IMG/VR virus record: IMGVR_UViG_2654587996_000008
Strand: one strand, 5' to 3'
Source of the DNA: a virus
Taxonomy: Duplodnaviria; Heunggongvirae; Uroviricota; Caudoviricetes
DNA length: 14,413 nt
The notes beneath the pieces were generated by a model. It did not search any database. It was not told the origin of the DNA and worked only from the letters and a program-made list of their open reading frames with translations. This document shows, piece after piece, positions 6,485-13,198 of the stretch (within the stretch, counting starts at the first letter, position 1; the number at the start of each line of letters is the position of its first letter). A program made the translations under genes and the position numbers.

Positions 6485-6770
6485 GGGTAGAGGGGTAGAC
6501 GGCGGGTAGATAACAAAAAATAGTCCTCTACCCACTTAACATAATGAAAAAAAACAACTTTCACACATTAGGTAGAGGGGTAGACCGTAAAATAGAAAAG
6601 TTTGAAACTTACTTTCTTACAATCTGTGTTTTCCTCTCGCTGTGTAAAAAGTTTTTTGAGCGGGGATGTTGTCTACCCCTCTACCCATTTCTCTGAAAGC
6701 CTTGTGCCACAAGAGATTCAGCGGGTAGACAATAAAAAATCACCATCTACCCTGTGTCTACCCATCTACC
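6485..6770. repeat. Iteron-type replication origin (multiple GGGTAGA / TCTACCC heptamers flanking AT-rich spacers)
   Basis: Direct copies at 6485-6500 ('GGGTAGAGGGGTAGAC'), 6504-6510, 6571-6586 and 6723-6730; inverted copies at 6527-6533, 6671-6687, 6746-6752, 6756-6763 and 6765-6770. AT-rich stretches at about 6535-6570 and 6587-6660. Immediately 3' of the primase gene. Confidence 0.65.
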
Positions 6771-6787
6771 TGTTACGGGTATTACTC

Positions 6788-8536
6788 TTATAAAAATTCC
6801 TCGGTTCTCTCCGTTTGTATAACGTTGGTTTGTATTCGTCCTTTAAAACCTCTTGTCAGGTATTCAGCCCCATATTCTCTTGCTGCTGACTTCATGGCCT
6901 TACCAAAATCACCGACACTTAATATTTCTTCTTCCCCCATATACTCCATAAAGGCGAGATATAGTCTGTACAGGCTTGTACGCGGATTAAGATCAGTTAA
7001 TCTCTTACCGCCTCCCATCATCATCCCATGCGGTTCATCAAGAAATGCAAGCGCCGCACATAACCCAATGACAGGATCAGTTTCCTGTTTTATTTTCAGA
7101 GCTTCGGCACCGTCGCGCTGCTCCAACAATAATTCCCGTGCTTTTTCTGGATCGGAAAAGTTAGCCAGTAATCGACGAATAATGACAGGTATTTCCGCCG
7201 CTATCTTTTGCGGTAACTCTTTATCCTTTTCGGTCTCCCTTACAATATTATCGAACCGAAAAATTACACGTCGACGCGCAACGCCTCCGGCCCGTTCGGT
7301 GAATGTCATCGGCACGTTATTTGTTGCCAGCACGACGGACCTGATAATTGTTGTGAAACGCTTTTCATATTTCGGGTTAATTTCAACTGGATCTCCACCC
7401 GTTATTTTTTTGATGCCGGATCCTTCACCTGTATATTTCGGCTGGTCTGCCAGGACAATAAGACGACTTCCGACAACCTGCGCACGCCCGCCAGCATCAT
7501 CAAGTGATGTCATTTCAGCGCTTACCGTGTTCTGTTTCCCTGCCAGAAGGGTGGCTATGTGCGTGATTGTGCTCTTGCCGCTCCCACCTTCCCCTGTGGC
7601 CTCAATAAACATCTGCCAGTCGTACCGGTTCGCCATAATCATGTACAGCGCGGCGCATATACGCATCATCTTTCGCGGGTCTTTTCCTGCGGCGTGATCA
7701 AGCCATTTATGAAAGTTTGGCGCGTTGTCGCGGATGTTCTCCCCTGGTACTGGTGGCGTGTACTCAATGCCGTTATGCGTGGTGATCCAGTTATCCGGCG
7801 AGTGCGGGGAAAATTCGCCAGTTTTCATGTCAAGCACGCCATTAGAGAACGGCAATAAATCACCTGACGGCTCCCCCATTGGCCTGGCCATAACTTTTAA
7901 AGCATCCACTGTATTACTTATTGCTCTCCGACTAAATGATGTTCCGTTTTCTTCGTAAATAGCCACCATTTCACGACTAAGATCCAGTGTGCTTACCGGA
8001 ACCCAAAAATCATCGCGCCAGACGTGAACAACCTCACTCTCCTGATTCATTGCTACATCCTGAAATCGTTCAGCTAAAAGTTTTGCCCTTTGGCTGTCCG
8101 CCATTCTGGAAAGAGATATTTTGTGTTTTTTCTCGGTCCTTCCTGACAGAATTTCTCCGCGCTCAGCCTGTCCGCGGATCCGTTGCAAGTAGTCGCGCCA
8201 GTTCTCCGGCTCCCGGTCGGTGATACCTTTGTATAATTTCGCCTCCTGTACGCCAGCCAGCGCCAGCTTTTCAGCGATAGCATTGATCTGGATTGGTTCG
8301 ATCTCTCCCGCGAGATAGACACGCGCAAAGCGGCGTTTCTCGTCAATAATGCGGATATTCGCCAGGTCTGCCAGTTGCTTTGGCCCCAGGTAAACAGGTG
8401 GTACGTTATCGCCGTGTTTTCGTCCTTCGCTTTCAATCCAGTGTTGAGCATGGGAGTAAGCGTCCGCCCCGGCAAAAATGATTACCTCTGTGAATTTATC
8501 CTTCGGCTGATATTTTAAATTCGGTGCGTTTTTCAC
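6788..8536 (-). CDS. P4-family primase/helicase (D5-like, Walker A P-loop)
   Basis: 582 aa with Walker A 'GEGGSGKST' and a phage/plasmid primase C-terminal-type region. GTG start at 8536 with SD 'GGAGG' 7 nt upstream; GTGA overlap with the upstream ORF. Confidence 0.85.
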   Translation of the reverse strand: MKNAPNLKYQPKDKFTEVIIFAGADAYSHAQHWIESEGRKHGDNVPPVYLGPKQLADLANIRIIDEKRRFARVYLAGEIEPIQINAIAEKLALAGVQEAKLYKGITDREPENWRDYLQRIRGQAERGEILSGRTEKKHKISLSRMADSQRAKLLAERFQDVAMNQESEVVHVWRDDFWVPVSTLDLSREMVAIYEENGTSFSRRAISNTVDALKVMARPMGEPSGDLLPFSNGVLDMKTGEFSPHSPDNWITTHNGIEYTPPVPGENIRDNAPNFHKWLDHAAGKDPRKMMRICAALYMIMANRYDWQMFIEATGEGGSGKSTITHIATLLAGKQNTVSAEMTSLDDAGGRAQVVGSRLIVLADQPKYTGEGSGIKKITGGDPVEINPKYEKRFTTIIRSVVLATNNVPMTFTERAGGVARRRVIFRFDNIVRETEKDKELPQKIAAEIPVIIRRLLANFSDPEKARELLLEQRDGAEALKIKQETDPVIGLCAALAFLDEPHGMMMGGGKRLTDLNPRTSLYRLYLAFMEYMGEEEILSVGDFGKAMKSAAREYGAEYLTRGFKGRIQTNVIQTERTEEFL

Positions 8537-8823
8537 TTCTTACCTCCCGCAACCAACATTGCCCGGATTTTTTTAATATTCTTGGCTGCACGTCTCGCCA
8601 CCGCCTGTTGTTTGTTTTCAACCAGAATAAAATCACGCTCAAACTGACGACGCGGCATTACGCAGTCATATTCGTAAGCCTCACGGCGGTAGGTGATATT
8701 GCCTGGCGTAACGTGACGAATAACCACTCGTCCCCCACGTCTGGTGTCGCGGTAAATATCTCCGTGTCTGATTTCAGGCCGAGAGAGACCGCTGGCAGTA
8801 AAGCCAGAATTTTTCTTTTTCAT
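8533..8823 (-). CDS. Hypothetical small basic protein (96 aa)
   Basis: SD 'AGGAAA' upstream of the ATG at 8823; coupled to the primase start. Confidence 0.5.
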   Translation of the reverse strand: MKKKNSGFTASGLSRPEIRHGDIYRDTRRGGRVVIRHVTPGNITYRREAYEYDCVMPRRQFERDFILVENKQQAVARRAAKNIKKIRAMLVAGGKK

Positions 8824-8827
8824 GGTT

Positions 8828-9028
8828 TTATTTTCCTGTCAGCAGTTCCGGTTTTATTTCCGCACGAATACAGAGTTCAGAAAAAAATTCAGGAGAACCA
8901 ACAATCTCATTACTTTTCAGTCGGCATTGTGATTTCACTTTCCCTTTATCCAGGTAAACCAGTACGCGTCCGGTGAAATCATCTGGCACATTAAGCACTA
9001 CGGGTACATGCGCTTCATGATTATGCAT
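8828..9028 (-). CDS. Hypothetical protein (66 aa)
   Basis: SD 'GGAGGA' upstream; ATGCATAA overlap with the preceding ORF. Confidence 0.45.
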   Translation of the reverse strand: MHNHEAHVPVVLNVPDDFTGRVLVYLDKGKVKSQCRLKSNEIVGSPEFFSELCIRAEIKPELLTGK

Positions 9029-9254
9029 GGCTTACATCCTCCGTGAATTTTCTTCTGTAACGCGCCTCTGCCACATATTCCGCATAGTCCGACGCAATAC
9101 TAAGAATCATTTCACCCTCTGACTTGTAGCCATTGGTATTGATAAGAAAATATGCAGCTTTCATCATATCAGCAACGCTTAACAATGCGCCCGCTGTATC
9201 TTCCGGTGCGCCATCAAACTCCTGTTTCAGGGAATTAAAACGATCATCACGCAT
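9021..9254 (-). CDS. Hypothetical protein (77 aa)
   Basis: G-rich SD upstream of the ATG at 9254; 8-nt overlap with the upstream ORF. Confidence 0.45.
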   Translation of the reverse strand: MRDDRFNSLKQEFDGAPEDTAGALLSVADMMKAAYFLINTNGYKSEGEMILSIASDYAEYVAEARYRRKFTEDVSHA

Positions 9255-9612
9255 GTTTACCCCCCTGAATGACCTGATAACCGCAACTGGTCAGCAATTC
9301 GATAAATTCCGGCAATGTGCCGAAACAGTAATCATCACGCAGACGTTCGCGGGATACTTCAACGCCGTTTTCGTAGTGACTCACCATACACCCGGTAAAA
9401 CGCAGATCATCATCGTGATGGCACGTTGACGGCTTAATCAGTCGCGCACGCTCCGCCAGTTCCAGCAATGCTTCAACGCTTCCGGCAATTGCACCATCCG
9501 GCAGGTGATAATTACTTACTACGCGTCCATTCTCTACATTGACCAGTAGCTGCCCGGTAAATTTCTCATCAAACTGAATGCTGTTAAGGTCAGAAATAGA
9601 CGAATTATGCAT
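9247..9612 (-). CDS. Hypothetical protein (121 aa)
   Basis: ATG at 9612 is preceded by a perfect 'AGGAGG' 6 nt upstream; the ORF-track ATG at 9630 is rejected. ATGCATAA overlap with the upstream ORF. Confidence 0.5.
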   Translation of the reverse strand: MHNSSISDLNSIQFDEKFTGQLLVNVENGRVVSNYHLPDGAIAGSVEALLELAERARLIKPSTCHHDDDLRFTGCMVSHYENGVEVSRERLRDDYCFGTLPEFIELLTSCGYQVIQGGKHA

Positions 9613-9829
9613 GGTGCACCTCCTGCACATCAGCCATGATAATTTTTCCGGCCTTATCCAGTGCCTGATCGGCTTTTAGCTGCACAAATGCTAAATAATG
9701 GGAGATGCATTCTGATTCTCTGACTGCGTGTTTATGCGCCACACCAGCGATAGCTGAAATCTCAATAAGTGAATCCATCAGCGTTTTGATAGCGTCTACC
9801 GCTGCATCAGGCCATGTTGCATTACACAT
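9605..9829 (-). CDS. Hypothetical protein (74 aa)
   Basis: SD 'AGGAGG' upstream of the ATG at 9829; ATGTGTAA overlap with the upstream ORF. Confidence 0.45.
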   Translation of the reverse strand: MCNATWPDAAVDAIKTLMDSLIEISAIAGVAHKHAVRESECISHYLAFVQLKADQALDKAGKIIMADVQEVHHA

Positions 9830-10025
9830 GCTCCACCTCCTGGCGAATACGGGCAGCGAATACCATCACGCAGCCATCAGGGGATTGCTGGCGTGCTTCC
9901 TGTTCGCTGGTGGCCTCGATGTGAATTACGCGCGGTTGTGCTGTGCTCAGGGCGATAAAACGCCAGATGTATTTATTCAGGTTGTGCGAGTCCCGCCCTT
10001 GCGGGTGTGTGGTATGATTTCTCAT
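9822..10025 (-). CDS. Hypothetical protein (67 aa), first gene of the replication operon
   Basis: Internal ATG of the long stop-free frame, at 10025, with SD 'GAGGT' 5 nt upstream. Translation 'MRNHTTHPQGRDSHNLNKYIWRF...'. Confidence 0.45.
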   Translation of the reverse strand: MRNHTTHPQGRDSHNLNKYIWRFIALSTAQPRVIHIEATSEQEARQQSPDGCVMVFAARIRQEVEHV

Positions 10026-10122
10026 AGCTACCTCGATACTGTTGCTATCGTTGGTGGTTAGAAGCCCGGTTAGTGTTAGCGCACTGCCGGGTTTCGTCGT
10101 TTCTGCACCTTGCATCAACAAG

Positions 10123-10174
10123 GTGTTGAACACCAATTTAAACCTAGGTGTTAAACACGTCAAGTGTTGAACAC
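10123..10174. promoter_or_regulatory. Three 11-bp palindromic operator-like sites GTGTT(G/A)AACAC in a divergent control region
   Basis: Sites at 10123-10133, 10148-10158 and 10164-10174. The third overlaps a plus-strand -35-like 'TTGAAC' (10167-10172), with -10-like 'CATACT' (10190-10195) upstream of the RHH gene. Confidence 0.55.
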
Positions 10175-10224
10175 TTGTTTTTTTTCCTGCATACTGCATT
10201 TGTTTTTTGTGAGGGGGACACAAC

Positions 10225-10404
10225 ATGGCGACAAAAGCAGTAAACGCAAAATCACAAACAGTTGCGGCAAGGGTTCCGCATGAAGTTATGAACAATGTTG
10301 AGGCGGTAAAAATGCCTGGTGAAAGTACAGGGCAGTTTGTAACAGCAGCATTAAAGCGAGAAGTTGAGTACCGCCAGCGGCGCAAGGCCAAAGAACAGGA
10401 GTAA
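10225..10404 (+). CDS. Small ribbon-helix-helix-like regulator (59 aa), not in the ORF track
   Basis: ATG at 10225 with strong SD 'GAGGGGG'. Translation 'MATKAVNAKSQTVAARVPHEVMNNVEAVKMPGESTGQFVTAALKREVEYRQRRKAKEQE' fits a beta-strand plus two helices. The only clearly plus-strand gene, divergent from the replication operon. Confidence 0.5.
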   Translation: MATKAVNAKSQTVAARVPHEVMNNVEAVKMPGESTGQFVTAALKREVEYRQRRKAKEQE

Positions 10405-10661
10405 CCATCACCAGCGCCGTGGTGTGAGGAACGACGGTGCATCGTTTTACAGGGCAGCGCCATGACCAACAAAGAATCAACCAATACACCATCACCGGCC
10501 CGGAAAAGACAGCGCAGAAAGATAGCGTACGAGTATGAGTCAGACAGATTCGCGCCCTGTGCGTTTATCCTTGAGAATTTCCTTAAAGAGTACAGGCGCA
10601 CAAAAATGGGGTCGCATACCTGGAAAACATCGCGACATGGCAATGTTAAAGAGCCGGAATA

Positions 10662-11084
10662 GCCCACCAGCAAGCCAGCACACTGATCACATTGCCCACC
10701 AGCCGCAAATCTGGCATTGTTGGCGATGTGTTCAAGTGTGTAGCTTTCCCACTGGTGGCCCTCTGCGGTCGCCTTTGTTTTATCCAGAACGAAATCAGAC
10801 ATCAGATTAATCAGCACCTGGCGACCTGACAAAAACGCATCAGTCGCGCCACCAGCAAAATTTTTTGCTTTCCGGACAGCGTGACCAACGACATTTTGCA
10901 GCAAAATATTCTGCATTTCTGGCGTGCTGTAGTAACGGTGATCAGCGCCTTCACTCTGTGCGACCACAACGCTATAATCTGCCTCGTAGACAGTAAGCAA
11001 TATGGCGCAGTAGGCTATTCGTTCACAAAGGCGCTCCGGCAACGGGGCGCTTTCTCTTTTTGTAACGGTCAGAGCGTTACACAT
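10662..11084 (-). CDS. Hypothetical protein, 5' portion only; 3' end undefined (possible disrupted gene)
   Basis: ATG at 11084 overlaps the antirepressor stop (ATGTGTAA). The first ~140 residues look protein-like, but the frame then runs stop-free through regulatory DNA to 9822, so the true end cannot be set. The end coordinate is arbitrary. Confidence 0.25.
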
Positions 11085-11925
11085 GGCTGTTTTCCTCCAT
11101 GCGACGGGCTAACCAACGCTGCGAAAGACGAATTAATTCAGCTTTCCGCTGGTGGTAGCCCTGGCCTAACTCAATCAGCGTGATATTGCTCTGCTCAAGG
11201 TAAGAAAGGTGCTCAAGCTGCAACGTGCTCATGTGGTCGCGTGGTTCGCCTGTGATGCCGTTCGCCTGCGCCCACTGTTTTGCAGTCATGCCACCCAGCA
11301 CGATACGCGCCAGCATATTGGCTTCCGTGGTGTAGTGGTGCTGGAACGTGTTTTTATCCAGTTCAGCCCGGTACGCCTCCAGCGCGGCACACATTGGCTT
11401 AAAGTAGCTGGCAACTGTGATACGGGCTTTCATTTCCCGGCGTAACGCTGCGGAACGCACTGGCGCTACCTTGTGTAGCTCCTCCTCGCATTTGATGAAG
11501 TACTGACGAACGGCGCGGCCCTGTTCGGTGCGTTCGACCATCGCCAGTTCTTTCGCCATGTTCGTGGAGATCAAATAGTCTTCACTGCGACGATCACCGC
11601 CGCGCTTTGTTGTCCAATCAGAATCAAACTGTTCAATATTTACACTTTGGTTCCCCCATTTCGGGGAATCAAAGTACAAATTTTCTACAACTTCAAAATC
11701 CACACCCTTTTTAAATCCGTACTCATCAATGCGTCCTTTAATCCAGGTTGTGAAATCACGACCTACCCCGAGCGCCTTATGCGACGCTCTGGCGCTAACA
11801 ATATTGGTTTCACGCCCGCCAATAACGCCGGAAATAACCGGGATAATTTCGCCAAAATTTTGCAGATTCTGGTTTTCAGGCCGAACGAAGCCCTGCCCCT
11901 GTACGGGCGTTTTTCGCAGTTTCAT
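11077..11925 (-). CDS. Phage antirepressor-like protein (AntA-type N-terminal domain plus KilA-C-type C-terminal domain)
   Basis: 282 aa with SD 'AGGAG' upstream. 'SARASHKALGVGRDFTTWIKGRI' and 'MAKELAMVERTEQGRAVRQYFIKCEEEL' match antirepressor domain signatures as I recall them. Confidence 0.6.
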   Translation of the reverse strand: MKLRKTPVQGQGFVRPENQNLQNFGEIIPVISGVIGGRETNIVSARASHKALGVGRDFTTWIKGRIDEYGFKKGVDFEVVENLYFDSPKWGNQSVNIEQFDSDWTTKRGGDRRSEDYLISTNMAKELAMVERTEQGRAVRQYFIKCEEELHKVAPVRSAALRREMKARITVASYFKPMCAALEAYRAELDKNTFQHHYTTEANMLARIVLGGMTAKQWAQANGITGEPRDHMSTLQLEHLSYLEQSNITLIELGQGYHQRKAELIRLSQRWLARRMEENSHV

Positions 11926-12002
11926 AAAAACTCCTGCTATCGAATTAAGTTACTTTTGTTTGCTGGTGGATAGTTGGGGCTTCTGGCCCCGTAGCCATTT
12001 AA

Positions 12003-12200
12003 TCAGGTAGCTGTTCCGCGTGATTCCGCAATACGCTGATTAATCCACTCGTCAATTTCACTCTCAACGAAAGCAATCGCTCGCGAGCCAATTTTTACAG
12101 GTTTAGGAAAACGCCCTTGGGCAATGAGTTTATAGATCCATGCCCTTCCATACCCTGTACGGCGCATGGTTTCTGGCATACGAATTAAAGATTGTGACAT
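12003..12200 (-). CDS. alpA: AlpA-family transcriptional regulator / excisionase-like protein
   Basis: About 65 aa from the ATG at 12200 (SD 'GGGAGA' upstream). 'IRMPETMRRTGYGRAWIYKLIAQGRFPKPVKIGSRAIAFVESEIDEWINQR' is the AlpA-type HTH signature. The ORF-track N-terminal extension is rejected. Confidence 0.75.
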   Translation of the reverse strand: MSQSLIRMPETMRRTGYGRAWIYKLIAQGRFPKPVKIGSRAIAFVESEIDEWINQRIAESRGTAT

Positions 12201-12266
12201 GATAATCGTCTCCCGTTGTTTATTGATGCCTACGGGAGACATTGAAGCAGGTAAGACATTGGATAT

Positions 12267-12303
12267 CACCGCAATTGCGGTGAATGATACCGCAATTGCG
12301 GTA
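12267..12303. promoter_or_regulatory. Tandem 16-bp perfect palindromes CACCGCAATTGCGGTG and TACCGCAATTGCGGTA (operator-like)
   Basis: At 12267-12282 and 12288-12303, centres 21 bp apart, between the 251-aa gene stop (12315) and the alpA start (12200). Confidence 0.55.
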
Positions 12304-12314
12304 TAGGACTACAA

Positions 12315-13070
12315 CTACGATTTAATTGATTTATTGGCTTCAGCAAACTTTGCTTCCAGCGTTCTTGAACTCATCCCCGGCTTACCTTCAAAATGCCCCA
12401 ATAAATTACTAATAATAGAGCTTTGATTTTCGAATACAGATTGCTTAATACCAGCAGGTGAACGCCCTAACATTAGAAAAAGCAACCCTCCAATAATGTT
12501 TAAATATGTTGTTTCAGAACGTTGGTCAATGTTTTGCACGGAGTTATCAACCATTCGTCGTAGTGAATCACGTTCCCCTTGTAATTCGGAAATTTCATTT
12601 TTCTGCTGTTGAAAAGTCTTCATAGCATTATCTAAGCGAATATTAAGACGTTTGTTTTCAGCCTGAAGAGTTTGATATGCCTCGACTGTAATTCCAGCAT
12701 GTAACTGCTGCTCAACAGCATCAAAAAGGAAAGCTGGTTTTTGGTTGGGATAGTTTTTTGACATCCATGATTTCAGATCGGAATGACGGACGGTTAAACG
12801 GTGCTTAGCAACCTGTTCTCCAGGTTGAACAGTTTTACCATCACGACCATAAGGAATTTCACAATTATTGATTGCATCTAAAATTTTCTCAGCATTAACA
12901 CGCAAGCAAGGCCATTGAGGGAACATTCCAACGCTAGGTAAAACTCCATCTCCCACTCGCTCCAATATTAAAACTTCATGAGCAATTAAATTACACCAAC
13001 GTAGCGCCGCTTCAATTGGAGTGTAATATGCCTTTTCAAGAGAACTACAGCTTTTTGAATTGTAAGTCAC
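12315..13070 (-). CDS. Uncharacterised protein (251 aa) with central coiled-coil-like segment
   Basis: Apparent GTG start at 13070 with SD 'GAGGT' upstream. Heptad-like region 'QTLQAENKRLNIRLDNAMKTFQQQKNEISELQGERDSLRRM'. No family recognised. Confidence 0.5.
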   Translation of the reverse strand: MTYNSKSCSSLEKAYYTPIEAALRWCNLIAHEVLILERVGDGVLPSVGMFPQWPCLRVNAEKILDAINNCEIPYGRDGKTVQPGEQVAKHRLTVRHSDLKSWMSKNYPNQKPAFLFDAVEQQLHAGITVEAYQTLQAENKRLNIRLDNAMKTFQQQKNEISELQGERDSLRRMVDNSVQNIDQRSETTYLNIIGGLLFLMLGRSPAGIKQSVFENQSSIISNLLGHFEGKPGMSSRTLEAKFAEANKSIKS

Positions 13071-13198
13071 TCTGTGCTACCTCGCACCCTCTGTAAAAGT
13101 GGCTGTGCCAGCCCGCAGAGGTGTACGGGTTTTCAGGAGCGACCCTAGACACAGCCTTTTCTTAATCGCTCAAAGTCTACTACTGTATACTCAACCAG

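Noticed and set aside
6825-7697. 290-aa plus-strand ORF (and the 7559-8223 plus-strand ORFs)
   Set aside because: Antisense to the well-supported primase/helicase gene, with Ser/Pro/Arg-rich low-complexity translation and no SD.
10462-10662. 66-aa basic plus-strand ORF downstream of the RHH gene
   Set aside because: Weak SD, and it overlaps antisense the protein-like 5' part of the 11084-start frame. Cannot be excluded, but support is insufficient.
9822-11084. 420-aa ORF-track protein as a single gene
   Set aside because: It would read through the operator palindromes and the antisense of a well-supported RHH gene, its middle third has non-protein-like composition, and its last 67 codons have their own SD and start. 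Treated as a 5' gene of uncertain end plus a separate 67-aa gene.
11976-11990. Hairpin GGGGC-TTCTG-GCCCC between alpA and the antirepressor as a terminator
   Set aside because: No adjacent T-run on either strand, and the genes appear co-transcribed.
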